A stretch of 64,000 bases of DNA from Actinomycetota bacterium. GTDB taxonomy: Bacteria; Actinomycetota; Actinomycetes; Actinomycetales; Microbacteriaceae. Below the pieces are notes generated by a model, which searched no databases, was not told the DNA's origin, and saw only the letters and a list, made by a program, of their open reading frames with translations. A program made the position numbers and the translations under genes. How positions within the stretch are numbered: position 1 is the first letter of the stretch; each line of letters starts with the position of its first letter. Positions 11,054 to 20,505 of the stretch are shown in pieces. The stretch covers positions 15,936 through 79,935 of the forward strand of contig CANFVD010000001.1 of the NCBI GenBank assembly GCA_947450345.1, given 5' to 3'.

Positions 11054-11179
11054 CCACCAGTTTGACCGCACACCAATTCCCGGGATATTCTTGAGTGTTG
11101 GTGTGTGTTCCCGGTAGGGGAACGATCCAAAGTTTTCTTGGCGAGACAGTCTCGTCCCCGTTTACGTGAGGTATGCACA

Positions 11180-11488
11180 GTGGTTTTCGCAGTAGTCAAG
11201 TCAGGTGGCCGCCAGGAAAAGGTTGAGGTCGGAACCATCATCACGATGGACCGCATTTCGGCCGACAAGTCGGGCATCATTACGCTTCCCGCCGTGCTCC
11301 TCGTTGACGGTACCAAGGTCACCTCCGACGCCGCGTCGCTGGCCAAGGTTGTTGTCACCGCTGAGGTGCTCGAAGACCTCCGTGGCCCCAAGATCGTCAT
11401 TCACAAGTTCAAGAACAAGACCGGATACCGCAAGCGCCAGGGCCACCGCCAGGAGCTCACGCGTGTCAAGGTCACCGGAATCAAGTAA
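11180..11488 (+). CDS. rplU: 50S ribosomal protein L21
   Basis: ORF 11105..11488. Start moved to GTG 11180 ([18 protein letters not shown]), with GTGAGG 9-14 nt upstream. Confidence 0.9.
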   Translation: MVFAVVKSGGRQEKVEVGTIITMDRISADKSGIITLPAVLLVDGTKVTSDAASLAKVVVTAEVLEDLRGPKIVIHKFKNKTGYRKRQGHRQELTRVKVTGIK

Positions 11489-11510
11489 GGCCTCGAGGGA
11501 GTAACGCGAA

Positions 11511-11762
11511 ATGGCACACAAAAAGGGAGCGAGTTCCACTCGCAACGGTCGTGACTCGAACGCCCAGCGTCTGGGCGTCAAGCGCTACGGCGGCCAGAAG
11601 GTCAAAGCAGGCGAAATCTTGGTTCGCCAGCGCGGAACGCACTTTCACCCCGGCGTCAACGTCGGACGTGGCGGCGACGACACGCTGTTCGCTCTTGCCG
11701 AGGGTGCCGTTGAGTTTGGTGCGAAGGGTGGCCGCAAGGTCATCAACATCGTCACCGTCTAA
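11511..11762 (+). CDS. rpmA: 50S ribosomal protein L27
   Basis: [29 protein letters not shown]... Confidence 0.96.
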   Translation: MAHKKGASSTRNGRDSNAQRLGVKRYGGQKVKAGEILVRQRGTHFHPGVNVGRGGDDTLFALAEGAVEFGAKGGRKVINIVTV

Positions 11763-11780
11763 CCACCACTCATGCACAAA

Positions 11781-11805
11781 GGGCGAGCTTCGGCTCGCTC
11801 TTTTG
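11781..11805 (+). terminator. rho-independent terminator after rplU-rpmA
   Basis: GCGAGC (11783-11788), loop TTCG, GCTCGC (11793-11798), followed by TCTTTTG. Confidence 0.6.
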
Positions 11806-11847
11806 CGTTAGTCCCACGAGTACTAGCAATCAGACACGAGGATTCAC

Positions 11848-13362
11848 ATGACCACGTTCGTTGACGAGGTGACCCTGCACCTCCGCGCGGGTCACGGTGG
11901 GCACGGGTGCGTCTCGGTGCGTCGTGAAAAGTTCAAGCCTCTGGCTGGCCCGGATGGCGGCAACGGCGGCAGTGGCGGCGACATCGTCTTGGTGTCTGAT
12001 CCGCAAGAGACAACGCTCTTGTCGTACCACCGCCACCCGCACCAGACGTCGTCGAACGGCGAACCCGGGCAGGGAAGTAACCGGCAGGGCGCTACCGGGG
12101 CGCCGCTCGAACTCAGCGTTCCGGTGGGCACCGTGGTCAAGGAACCCTCGGGCAAGGTCATCGCCGACATGAATGTGCCCGGCATGCGTGTCGTTGTGGC
12201 GCCCGGCGGGCTGGGCGGTTTGGGCAACGCGTCGCTGTCCTCAACCAAGCGCAAGGCTCCGGGATTCGCCCTGTTGGGCACCCCCGGCTTTGAGGGCGAC
12301 GTTGTGCTCGAACTCAAGACGCTCGCGGATGTTGCCCTCGTCGGTTATCCGTCAGCAGGCAAGTCGAGCTTGGTGGCCGCGTTGTCGGCAGCCCGACCCA
12401 AAATTGCCGACTATCCGTTCACCACGCTTCACCCCAACCTGGGGGTGGTTCAGGCGGGCGAGACGCGCTACACAATCGCCGACGTACCCGGTCTCATCGA
12501 GGGCGCCAGCGAAGGCAAGGGACTCGGTCTCGAGTTCCTGCGTCACGTTGAGCGCTGTCGCGTGCTGGTGCACGTCATTGACTGTGCCACGCTCGAGCCC
12601 GGCCGCGATCCGCTGTCTGATCTCGACATCATTTTGCACGAGCTCACGGAATACCCCGTACCCGCGGGTCAGATCCCGCTGGCCGAACGCCCGCAGATCA
12701 TCGCGCTCAACAAGATCGACGTTCCCGACGCCAAAGACCTTGCGGAGATGGTCGATCCACTGTTTGTCGAGCGCGGATATCGCGTATTCCCCATCTCGAC
12801 GGCGTCGCACGAGGGACTCAAGGCGCTGTCCTTTGCTCTGGCCGAGATGGTCTCCTCACAGCGTTCAGCTGAGGCAGTTGCCGACGTGCCGCGCATTGTG
12901 ATCCGACCACAGCCCGTTGACGAGAAGGACTTCTCGATTCGCGTCGAGGGTCCCATCGATGAGCGCATGTTCCGCGTGCTGGGATCGAAGCCCGAACGCT
13001 GGGTGGCGCAGACGGATTTCTCGAACGACGAAGCCGTGGGTTACCTGGCCGATCGGCTCGCACGCCTGGGTGTGGAAGAGGCGCTGTTCGCCAAGGGTGC
13101 CGTACCCGGTTCGGCCGTGGTGATTGGCGAGCGCGGCGGCGTGGTGTTCGATTGGGAGCCCACGCTCACGTCAGCCGCTGAGCTCACTGTGGGACCCCGC
13201 GGATCCGATGACCGACTTGCCGGTCCGCCACGACGCAGCACACGCGAGCGTCGTGAAGAATATACCGAGCGCATGGATGCCAAACAGGCCGCGCGTGATG
13301 AACTTGCTAGGGAGCGTGAAGCCGGTCTCTGGACCGAGGAGGACGACAATGGCGCTGGATGA
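11848..13362 (+). CDS. obgE: GTPase Obg/CgtA
   Basis: 504 aa. Gly-rich Obg fold ([12 protein letters not shown]), G-domain [10 protein letters not shown] / [10 protein letters not shown] / NKID, C-terminal extension. Confidence 0.95.
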   Translation: MTTFVDEVTLHLRAGHGGHGCVSVRREKFKPLAGPDGGNGGSGGDIVLVSDPQETTLLSYHRHPHQTSSNGEPGQGSNRQGATGAPLELSVPVGTVVKEPSGKVIADMNVPGMRVVVAPGGLGGLGNASLSSTKRKAPGFALLGTPGFEGDVVLELKTLADVALVGYPSAGKSSLVAALSAARPKIADYPFTTLHPNLGVVQAGETRYTIADVPGLIEGASEGKGLGLEFLRHVERCRVLVHVIDCATLEPGRDPLSDLDIILHELTEYPVPAGQIPLAERPQIIALNKIDVPDAKDLAEMVDPLFVERGYRVFPISTASHEGLKALSFALAEMVSSQRSAEAVADVPRIVIRPQPVDEKDFSIRVEGPIDERMFRVLGSKPERWVAQTDFSNDEAVGYLADRLARLGVEEALFAKGAVPGSAVVIGERGGVVFDWEPTLTSAAELTVGPRGSDDRLAGPPRRSTRERREEYTERMDAKQAARDELAREREAGLWTEEDDNGAG

Positions 13363-14143
13363 TCGACGCGACATACCCACAGCTCGTCGGGTCGTGGTTA
13401 AGGTGGGTTCGTCATCGATCAGTGGCGTGAATGCCCACCGCATTGCCCACATCGTCGACGAGCTGGCCGGTGCCTATGCGCGCGGAACTGAAATCGTGCT
13501 CGTCTCGTCTGGTGCCATCTCAACCGGTATGCCCCTGCTCGGTCTGGACGCCCGTCCGGAAGACCTCGCCACGCAGCAGGCGGTAGCCGCCGTCGGCCAG
13601 AATGCGCTGATTCACCGATACCAAGAGAACCTCGACCGCTACAACATCGTGGCCGGCCAGGTTCTGCTCACCGCGGGTGATCTCGAGCACGACGAGACCC
13701 GCGCCAATGCCGAACGCGCGCTTGACCGACTGCTCACGATGCGCACTCTGCCCATCGTCAACGAAAACGACACCGTGGCCACCTCGGAGATTCGCTTTGG
13801 CGATAACGACCGGCTGGCAGCCCTCGTCGCCGTCCTCGTGCGTGCCGACGTGCTCATCCTGCTTTCGGATGTTGATGCTCTGTACACCAAGCCTCCGCAC
13901 GAAGTGGGTGCCGAAAAAATCGACTATGTCACGTTTGGTGACGACCTTGACTCGGTTGAATTTGGCGACATCGGAGACGCGGGTGTGGGAACCGGGGGAG
14001 CCGTGACCAAGGTGGCAGCCGCACACCTCGCGAGCGCCTCGGGCACTGCCGTGCTCATCACGGCTTCAGAGCTCGTGGGCGATGCGCTGAGCGGAGCGCG
14101 CATCGGGACCTGGTTTGAGCCAAATCCCGACCGAGCGGCCTAG
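13349..14143 (+). CDS. proB: glutamate 5-kinase
   Basis: ORF 13124..14143. Start moved to ATG 13349 ([24 protein letters not shown]), overlapping the obg end. Contains [21 protein letters not shown]. Confidence 0.9.
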   Translation: MALDDRRDIPTARRVVVKVGSSSISGVNAHRIAHIVDELAGAYARGTEIVLVSSGAISTGMPLLGLDARPEDLATQQAVAAVGQNALIHRYQENLDRYNIVAGQVLLTAGDLEHDETRANAERALDRLLTMRTLPIVNENDTVATSEIRFGDNDRLAALVAVLVRADVLILLSDVDALYTKPPHEVGAEKIDYVTFGDDLDSVEFGDIGDAGVGTGGAVTKVAAAHLASASGTAVLITASELVGDALSGARIGTWFEPNPDRAA

Positions 14144-14207
14144 ATCTGCGCCTTCGCGAGCCCTCGGCACAGTGGGGACTCGCGAGAGCCACCGTTAGAC
14201 TTTCCTC

Positions 14208-15470
14208 ATGCCACTAGAGGAGCTCGCTGCGTTTACACACAAGCTCGAGTCGGCGCAGGCTGCGTCAATTGTCTTGGCAACGCTTAACACCGATGCGAAG
14301 AACGCTGCGCTGCACGCCATCGCCGATGCCCTTGATGAAAATAGCGCGGGCATTGTTGCCTCCAACGCCCTTGACCTCGACAACGGTCGCGCCAACGGCA
14401 CTTCCGAGGGGCTCATGGATCGCCTCGCACTCACCCCCGCCCGCATTGCTAGCCTCTCGCAAGCCGTCCGACAGGTGGCCGCACTGGCAGACCCCGTGGG
14501 TCACGTTGTTCGCGGAATGGACATGCCCAACGGAGTTCACCTCACTCAGGTGCGCGTGCCCTTTGGCGTTGTGGGCACAATCTACGAGGCCCGCCCGAAC
14601 GTCACGGTTGATATTGCCGCACTTGCCCTCAAGAGTGGCAACGCCGTCGTCCTTCGGGGCGGCTCTGCGGCGGAGAACAGCAACCGCACGCTCGTGGCCA
14701 TCATCCAAGAGGCACTCACATCGGTGGGCCTTCCCGCTGCAGCCGTTCAGACGATCGACGAGTTTGGTCGTGAGGGTGCCCGTCGCCTGATGGCAGCACG
14801 CGGCCTGGTGGACGTTCTCGTTCCGCGCGGCTCGGCCGACCTCATCAACACGGTCGTCATGGAATCGAAGGTTCCCGTGATCGAGACGGGTGCGGGCGTG
14901 GTTCACCTCGTGCTCGATGAGAGCGCCAACGTGGAATGGGCCGTCGACATCGTGCACAACTCCAAGGTGCAGCGACCGAGCGTGTGTAACGCCCTCGAAA
15001 CCCTGCTGGTCCTTGAATCAGCCGCCGAGCGACTTCTGCCACCGGTTCTGTCCAAACTGCGCGAGTCGGGCGTCACGATTCACGCCGACGAGCGGGCGCA
15101 CGCCATCTTTGCCGACTCGGTTCCCGCCACCCCCGATGACTTTGGCCGTGAGTACATGAGCCGCGATATTGCCGTCAAGGTTGTTCCTTCGCTGGATGCG
15201 GCCATTGAGCACATCCGCCGCTATTCCACGAAGCACACCGAGTCGATCATCACGAACGATGCCGCTAACGCCGAGCGTTTTCTCGCCGAGGTCGACTCCG
15301 CTGCCGTGATGGTGAACGCGTCGACGCGCTTTACCGACGGCGGCGAGTTTGGTTTCGGCGCCGAGGTGGGAATCTCCACTCAGAAGCTCCACGCGCGGGG
15401 TCCCATGGGCTTGCCCGAGCTCACCAGCACCAAGTGGTTGGTCCGCGGCCAGGGTCAGATTCGTCGCTAG
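14208..15470 (+). CDS. proA: glutamate-5-semialdehyde dehydrogenase (gamma-glutamyl phosphate reductase)
   Basis: 420 aa. Aldehyde-dehydrogenase fold, ...PSVCNALETLLV..., NASTRFTDGGEFGFGAEVGIST. Confidence 0.95.
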   Translation: MPLEELAAFTHKLESAQAASIVLATLNTDAKNAALHAIADALDENSAGIVASNALDLDNGRANGTSEGLMDRLALTPARIASLSQAVRQVAALADPVGHVVRGMDMPNGVHLTQVRVPFGVVGTIYEARPNVTVDIAALALKSGNAVVLRGGSAAENSNRTLVAIIQEALTSVGLPAAAVQTIDEFGREGARRLMAARGLVDVLVPRGSADLINTVVMESKVPVIETGAGVVHLVLDESANVEWAVDIVHNSKVQRPSVCNALETLLVLESAAERLLPPVLSKLRESGVTIHADERAHAIFADSVPATPDDFGREYMSRDIAVKVVPSLDAAIEHIRRYSTKHTESIITNDAANAERFLAEVDSAAVMVNASTRFTDGGEFGFGAEVGISTQKLHARGPMGLPELTSTKWLVRGQGQIRR

Positions 15471-15508
15471 ACTGAGCACATCACCAACAGACGTCACAGG
15501 AGTTGCGC

Positions 15509-15688
15509 ATGTCATCACTCACCGTTATTGCCGAAGCAGCGCTTCACCCGCTCTTCCTCCCGGCCTGGGTCTTTGGTCTCATTGCTGTCGCGATCTTCAC
15601 GCTTCTGGGGTTCATGACCTTCAGCTACCGCGATGTGGCAAATCGGCACGCCAACAAGACTGACAAGTCCGGCGCAGGCCACCACTAG
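15509..15688 (+). CDS. hypothetical small membrane protein (59 aa, one TM helix)
   Basis: ORF 15503..15688. ATG 15509 has GGAG 6 nt upstream. Hydrophobic core LFLPAWVFGLIAVAIFTLLGFMTF. No family recognised. Confidence 0.4.
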   Translation: MSSLTVIAEAALHPLFLPAWVFGLIAVAIFTLLGFMTFSYRDVANRHANKTDKSGAGHH

Positions 15689-15697
15689 GTAGCACGC

Positions 15698-16309
15698 GTG
15701 TCGAGAACCCGAATCGGCGTTCTCGGGGGAACGTTCGACCCTTTTCACAACGGGCACCTGAGCGTGGCTCGCTCTGTTCGAGACTCGGGTCTCGTGGATT
15801 GCGTGATTGTGGTTCCCGCAAACGATCAGTGGCAAAAGAAGGCTGTGGCCACTGCGCAACAGCGACTCGAGATGGCGCGCCGAGGCATATCCGTGGATGC
15901 CGTCGCCGGCACCGGCGACTCGATGAACGACGCCCTGTTCGTCAGTGACGTTGACATTCTGAGAGGCGGGCCCACGTACACCATCGAAACGCTTGAGGAC
16001 TTGTCCCTGCTGCATCCCGATGCCGACTTCAGGTTTATCGTGGGCGTTGATGCGGCGTCCGGATTGCCGTCCTGGTATCGAACCGACGAGCTGAGAGACC
16101 GCGCCTCCTTCATTGTGGTGACGCGACCCGGCACGTCCCCGCCTCAGCTCGATGTGCAGGGCTATGACCTAAACTTGCTACACATCCCGCCCGTTGATGT
16201 TTCGTCATCGATGTGTCGGGAAGCAATACGCAACGGTGCGGCAGTTACCGATTTAGTTCCCCTCGCAGTAGCCGCCTACATCGAGTCCGAGGGTCTCTAC
16301 AGGGAGTAA
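15698..16309 (+). CDS. nadD: nicotinate-nucleotide adenylyltransferase
   Basis: IGVLGGTFDPFHNGHL (HxGH nucleotidyltransferase motif), 203 aa, GTG start. Confidence 0.9.
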   Translation: MSRTRIGVLGGTFDPFHNGHLSVARSVRDSGLVDCVIVVPANDQWQKKAVATAQQRLEMARRGISVDAVAGTGDSMNDALFVSDVDILRGGPTYTIETLEDLSLLHPDADFRFIVGVDAASGLPSWYRTDELRDRASFIVVTRPGTSPPQLDVQGYDLNLLHIPPVDVSSSMCREAIRNGAAVTDLVPLAVAAYIESEGLYRE

Positions 16310-16311
16310 CG

Positions 16312-17862
16312 GTGGCAAAGGACAACGGCAAGAAGGGCGACGAGGTGCCACCCCGCACCTACGGCGTTCACTGGCCGTCGAATCCTGCCCCGGGGAGCGA
16401 CGCGCCGTCGCCCGACGCCGAGGCCCCCAAGACCGCGGCACCCAAATCTGCGGCGCCCAGATCTGGGGCGCCCGCGCCGGCACCTGCGCCCCAGGCCCCC
16501 GCGAAGAAGTCCGCTGCGTCTCCCGCCGGCCCGCCTCCGCCCCCGGTGATTCCTCCGCTTCCACCCACGTCGTCACCGTCACGCCAGCCCGCCCAGTCGC
16601 CCGCTCCCGCAGCAGAAATGCCCGCTGCGCCACCGCGCGAAGCAACCCCTGCGATGCCTGCGACCCCGTCTCCCGCCGCCGTTCCCGAGGTCGTTATTCC
16701 GCAGGTCGTTGCGCCTCCGGCAACGGTGGCACCCGAGGCTGTGGCACCCCCAGCCGTGACTCCCCAACCAGTGGCTCCCCAGGACGTGGCTCCTTCCATT
16801 GTCGCGCCTGAGCCCGTCTACATCCCTGTTGCCGAGGCCACCACGGCCCCTGAGCCCGTCTACGTTCCCCGGCCGGCAGACCTGCTGATTCCCGTCCCCT
16901 CGGGCAGCCCAGGGCTGCCCGTCGATCCTCTGACGTCTCCCGAGATTCCCGTCCTGCCGCCGGTGGCCACTCCGACCTCGGCGCCCCTGTCGGACACCTC
17001 GGGGCTATCCCGTCGTGAAATGCGCAAACTTCGAGAACAGGCAACGGCCCGCATTGGTGAGCCTGCGGATTCGCTGTCTCGTATCGAAGAGGCGGCGGCC
17101 ATGGCCGCGATGCCACAGGCGGTGCAATCTCCCTATGTGGCAACCGGCCAGCCCGCTTCGTTGTTGCCTGCTCAGCCCAACCAAGTTGTCCAGCCCGGTT
17201 ACGCTGCCCAACAGGTGCAGCCGACGCAATATGTCCCCGCAGTTCCCTTGTCGACAACGCTCCCGGGTATTCCAGCGGCTGCGGTTGAGATGGCGGCCAT
17301 TACGGGTCGACTCGACATCATCGAGGCCACACAAACTCCCGTCGCGCCCACTCTGTCCTCCGGCCCGACCGTGGCTCAGCTCCGCGCCATGGAGGAGGCC
17401 AGCAGGGCTGCCATGGCCCGCGACGTTGTGCTCGAGTCAACGGTCCCCGGGCTGTCGACCACGGGGGGCCTGCCCACCTCGGGTCACTCACTGATTATGT
17501 CGAATGTGCCGACCGACATTCCAAGCGCGTTGAGTGCCATGAATGAGACGGGCGAAATCATCGTCACCGGCCAGATCATCCTGCCCGCCAGTGTGGCCCA
17601 AACCGGAACAGACATGAGACGTTTCGACACCGCCGAGATTGATGTGGTGGCTGAGCGCGAGCCGCAAACGGGGAATGTCGGCAATCTCGCGCCGGTCAGC
17701 GCCACCCGCGCCGTGAGCGCTTTTTCGTCGCACACCACCTCATCACTGCCACCTCGCGTGGGGTCGCATCGCCTCCCCATGGTGCTCGCACTCATCGCGG
17801 CGGGCCTCGCGGTGGGAGTCGTTGGTCTCTTCGTGGCAAATATCTTCCTCAAATTCTTCTAG
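16312..17862 (+). CDS. Pro/Ala-rich low-complexity protein with a single C-terminal TM helix (tail-anchored), function unknown
   Basis: ORF 16213..17862, trimmed to GTG 16312 just after the nadD stop. About 300 aa of P/A/V-rich repeats (APEPVYIP / APEPVYVP, AAPKS/AAPRS). C-terminal LPMVLALIAAGLAVGVVGLFVANIFL. Confidence 0.6.
   Translation: MAKDNGKKGDEVPPRTYGVHWPSNPAPGSDAPSPDAEAPKTAAPKSAAPRSGAPAPAPAPQAPAKKSAASPAGPPPPPVIPPLPPTSSPSRQPAQSPAPAAEMPAAPPREATPAMPATPSPAAVPEVVIPQVVAPPATVAPEAVAPPAVTPQPVAPQDVAPSIVAPEPVYIPVAEATTAPEPVYVPRPADLLIPVPSGSPGLPVDPLTSPEIPVLPPVATPTSAPLSDTSGLSRREMRKLREQATARIGEPADSLSRIEEAAAMAAMPQAVQSPYVATGQPASLLPAQPNQVVQPGYAAQQVQPTQYVPAVPLSTTLPGIPAAAVEMAAITGRLDIIEATQTPVAPTLSSGPTVAQLRAMEEASRAAMARDVVLESTVPGLSTTGGLPTSGHSLIMSNVPTDIPSALSAMNETGEIIVTGQIILPASVAQTGTDMRRFDTAEIDVVAEREPQTGNVGNLAPVSATRAVSAFSSHTTSSLPPRVGSHRLPMVLALIAAGLAVGVVGLFVANIFLKFF
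16435..16479 (+). repeat. imperfect 15-nt tandem repeat (3 units) inside the Pro/Ala-rich gene
   Basis: GCGGCACCCAAATCT / GCGGCGCCCAGATCT / GGGGCGCCCGCGCCG. The first two units are identical at 13 of 15 positions. In frame (AAPKS AAPRS GAPAP). Confidence 0.5.
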
Positions 17863-17872
17863 GCTCACTTAA

Positions 17873-18265
17873 GTGACCGCTTCTCCAGAAACACTTGACG
17901 CCCTGAATGCCGCAGCTGTGGCCGCCGACGCTACCGGCGGTGACGACATGGTTGCGCTCGACGTCTCGGATCGGCTCGCCTTGGCCGACGCGTTTCTTCT
18001 GGTGACCGGTCGCAACGAGAGAAACGTCTCGGCGGTCGCCAACGAGGTTGAAGACAAGCTCTTCGAAATGGGAATTAAGCCACTTCGTCGTGAGGGGCGA
18101 GGCGAAGGTCGCTGGGTCCTCATCGATTTCGGGGGCCTCATTGTTCACGTTTTCCACGAGGAAGACCGCCTCTACTACGGCTTGGAGCGGCTCTGGGGAG
18201 ACTGCCCCGTCATCCCGCTTCCGGAGGGCATCGGTTCGAGGCCCGCTGGTGATGTAGTAACCTAA
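17873..18265 (+). CDS. rsfS: ribosome silencing factor RsfS/IojAP
   Basis: 130 aa. ...LALADAFLLVTGRNERNVSAVANEVEDKL...WVLIDFGGLIVHVF. Usual position after nadD. Confidence 0.85.
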   Translation: MTASPETLDALNAAAVAADATGGDDMVALDVSDRLALADAFLLVTGRNERNVSAVANEVEDKLFEMGIKPLRREGRGEGRWVLIDFGGLIVHVFHEEDRLYYGLERLWGDCPVIPLPEGIGSRPAGDVVT

Positions 18266-18289
18266 ACAAGGTCGTAATCACACCATTAC

Positions 18290-18362
18290 GGGTCTGTGGC
18301 GCAGCTGGTAGCGCACCTGCATGGCATGCAGGGGGTCAGGGGTTCGAGTCCCCTCAGATCCA
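18290..18362 (+). tRNA. tRNA-Ala (anticodon GGC)
   Basis: Cloverleaf by hand: acceptor GGGTCTG/CAGATCC with the G3:U70 Ala identity pair, D stem GCGC/GCGC, anticodon stem CCTGC/GCAGG with loop ATGGCAT, T arm AGGGG-TTCGAGT-CCCCT. CCA is not encoded. Confidence 0.95.
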
Positions 18363-18372
18363 CAAAATAAAC

Positions 18373-18401
18373 AACCACCCTTATGGGGTGGTTTTTATTT
18401 T
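18373..18401 (+). terminator. rho-independent terminator after tRNA-Ala
   Basis: AACCACCC (18373-18380), short loop, GGGTGGTT, followed by TTTATTTTG. Confidence 0.8.
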
Positions 18402-18456
18402 GTGTCTGTGTGCACGAGAACCCCGCGGTGGGCCCCCGCTAACACAGCCCGGGGCA

Positions 18457-19200
18457 TTACTTTCCGCGGGCAACCTTGATGATTTGGTCGACGTAGGACG
18501 ACCGAGCCATCTCAACTGTCAGGCCCTTGATGCCGCGGGTCGACATTTGCCGGGTCGCCGTGTGCTGACCCGTTGACCATGAGGCGAGTCCGTGCGTCAT
18601 CCAGGCCACGTGTCCGGAAGCCACAACTTCGGCGGGGTGCAAGAGGAGGGATGCCGAGGGAACGGAATTCTCGTCGTAGTCGAGTGAGCTCACTTTGCCC
18701 GAACGAAGATCGATAATTGTGGTGGCCAAAAGGGCCAGGTGAAAGTCAAATATGTCCTGCATGTTTTTGCCGTACTTCTCGCTGACGATCACGTGCGAAC
18801 CGGCAGATGCCAGGGGGTACTGGAGCAAGAGATACATGCCGCCCATGTGCTCGGCCCACTTGGTCTCCTCGGTAATGAACGCACGCAGGCGCTTCTCGGG
18901 GTCGGCGGGGGCGTTGCGCATCGAGTTGCGCACGTTCTGGGACCACTCGCGATAGGCCCACCAGGTGGCTTCCGCCAGAAGACCGTCGCGGTTTCCGAAG
19001 TAGTAGTTCACCATGGGGTGCTTGATGTCGATGCGGTCACACACCCGAAAAGCGTTGAAGTCTGCGGGGCCGACACGAATGATGTCTTCAATCGCGAGCA
19101 TGATCATTTTCTCGCGGGTCGAGGGCTCGGCGACGGAGCCATACTTCAGCCAGTCTTTCGCCGTGTAAGAGAGGGCGTCTGGCTCTACGGGAGTTGCCAT
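18457..19200 (-). CDS. TetR/AcrR-family transcriptional regulator
   Basis: 247 aa. N-terminal HTH region REKMIMLAIEDIIRVGPADFNAFRVCDRIDIKHPMVNYYFGNRDGLL. Divergent from the monooxygenase gene. Confidence 0.78.
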   Translation of the reverse strand: MATPVEPDALSYTAKDWLKYGSVAEPSTREKMIMLAIEDIIRVGPADFNAFRVCDRIDIKHPMVNYYFGNRDGLLAEATWWAYREWSQNVRNSMRNAPADPEKRLRAFITEETKWAEHMGGMYLLLQYPLASAGSHVIVSEKYGKNMQDIFDFHLALLATTIIDLRSGKVSSLDYDENSVPSASLLLHPAEVVASGHVAWMTHGLASWSTGQHTATRQMSTRGIKGLTVEMARSSYVDQIIKVARGK

Positions 19201-19377
19201 AATCAGACTCTACCTCCGAGACATTCGGTTGGCATGCAGGTTCCGCTCAGCGTGTGCTCACTAAAGCGCATTGCGCGATGACCGTTTTGCCCGGGGCTCG
19301 ACTTTGGTAAGACAGATTGACCCACCGCGAAACAGTAAAATTGAGAAATCGGGCATTGACGGGAATAGCGTGCGCGC

Positions 19378-19394
19378 TGTCATGAGTTATGACA
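19378..19394. promoter_or_regulatory. candidate operator palindrome in the TetR / LLM divergent spacer
   Basis: TGTCAT-GAGTT-ATGACA (6-bp arms), about 40 nt upstream of ATG 19436. TTGACG is at 19356-19361. Confidence 0.3.
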
Positions 19395-19435
19395 TGTAGA
19401 CGCATGTTTTCGCCGTCACACAAGGAGAGTTACGC

Positions 19436-20485
19436 ATGTTTGCGGAATTGGAATTTGGACTGGACACCTTTGGCGACGCCACGGTGGCTCCCGACGGAAC
19501 CCCGCTGAGCCACGCGCAAGTGATTCGCAATGTAATTGCCGAGGGTGTTCTTGCCGACGAGGTCGGCCTCAACTTCATTGGCATCGGGGAGCACCACCGC
19601 GAGGATTTTGCCGTCTCTGCGCCGGAAATTTTGATGGCCGCCATCGCAGCACGCACCTCGAACATCCACGTCGGATCGGCCGTCACCGTGCTGAGTTCTG
19701 ATGATCCCATTCGGGTGTACCAGCGATTCTCTGAACTCAACGCGCTCTCCGAAGGACGTGCCGAGGTCATCCTGGGCCGCGGTTCGTTTACGGAGTCTTT
19801 TCCTCTGTTTGGTTTTGAACTTCGCGACTACGAGACCCTCTTTGAAGAGAAGCTCGATCTCTTTGTTGAGATCGTGAAGGAACAGCCTGTCACGTGGTCT
19901 GGTTCGATTCGTCCAGCGCTCAGTGAGACGCGCATCTTCCCGCCGATCGAAGCAGGACACTTGAAGACGTGGATTGGTGTGGGCGGAAGCCCAGAGTCGG
20001 TGGTTCGTGCTGCTCGCTACGGCTTGCCCCTCATGCTGGCGATTATTGGTGGTGACCCGCTGCGCTTCCGCCCCTACGTGGATCTGTATCACCGGGCGTT
20101 GACCGAGATGGGTAAGCCCCTTCTCCCGGTGGGTCAGCACTCACCCGGTTTCGTGGCTGCTACGGATGAGCAGGCCCGAGAACTCGCTTGGCCGCACTAC
20201 CGCGACATGCACGCTCGCATCGGTGCACAGCGTGGCTGGCCGCCACTCTCCCGCGCGCAGTTTGACGCCGAAGCGGGGCCCGAAGGCGCCCTCATGCTCG
20301 GCTCTCCCGAGACGGTTGCCGCGAAGATTGCCCGGTCAATGTCGGGTCTCGGTGTGACACGCTTCGACCTCAAGTACTCGCTTGGGACGCTCTCGCATGA
20401 GAATCTCATGGAGTGTATTCGTCTCTATGGCACCGAGGTCGTTCCCCGCGTGCGCGAACTCGTCGCGACGGCGAAGGCAGCCTAA
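19436..20485 (+). CDS. LLM-class (luciferase-like) flavin-dependent oxidoreductase
   Basis: 349 aa. MFAELEFGLDTFGD..., ...IGIGEHHREDF..., typical TIM-barrel LLM pattern. AAGGAGAG RBS. Confidence 0.85.
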   Translation: MFAELEFGLDTFGDATVAPDGTPLSHAQVIRNVIAEGVLADEVGLNFIGIGEHHREDFAVSAPEILMAAIAARTSNIHVGSAVTVLSSDDPIRVYQRFSELNALSEGRAEVILGRGSFTESFPLFGFELRDYETLFEEKLDLFVEIVKEQPVTWSGSIRPALSETRIFPPIEAGHLKTWIGVGGSPESVVRAARYGLPLMLAIIGGDPLRFRPYVDLYHRALTEMGKPLLPVGQHSPGFVAATDEQARELAWPHYRDMHARIGAQRGWPPLSRAQFDAEAGPEGALMLGSPETVAAKIARSMSGLGVTRFDLKYSLGTLSHENLMECIRLYGTEVVPRVRELVATAKAA

Positions 20486-20505
20486 GCCGGGCGGTTCACC
20501 GTGTC

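Noticed and set aside
13124-13348. Upstream extensions of several ORF-track entries: proB 13124, Pro-rich 16213, GH3 20413, hemW 41613, hrcA 43492, dnaJ 44438, phoH 46727, dus 54430, dgt 55292, folC 5600, rplU 11105.
   Set aside because: Each extension overlaps the 3' end of the preceding well-supported gene in another frame. Each precedes a start codon that reproduces the family-typical N-terminus, so the shorter starts were used.
16380-16900. Repetitive DNA that could be mistaken for a CRISPR-like or VNTR array.
   Set aside because: The repeats are short, imperfect, in frame and GC-rich. They encode Pro/Ala low-complexity protein. There is no repeat-spacer periodicity and no cas genes.
18290-18456. 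tRNA-Ala as the attachment site of an integrated element or prophage.
   Set aside because: No integrase or recombinase anywhere in the window. I could not find a direct repeat of the tRNA 3' end downstream by eye. The adjacent genes look like ordinary metabolic or regulatory genes. The weaker observation is kept as a 'variable block' finding.
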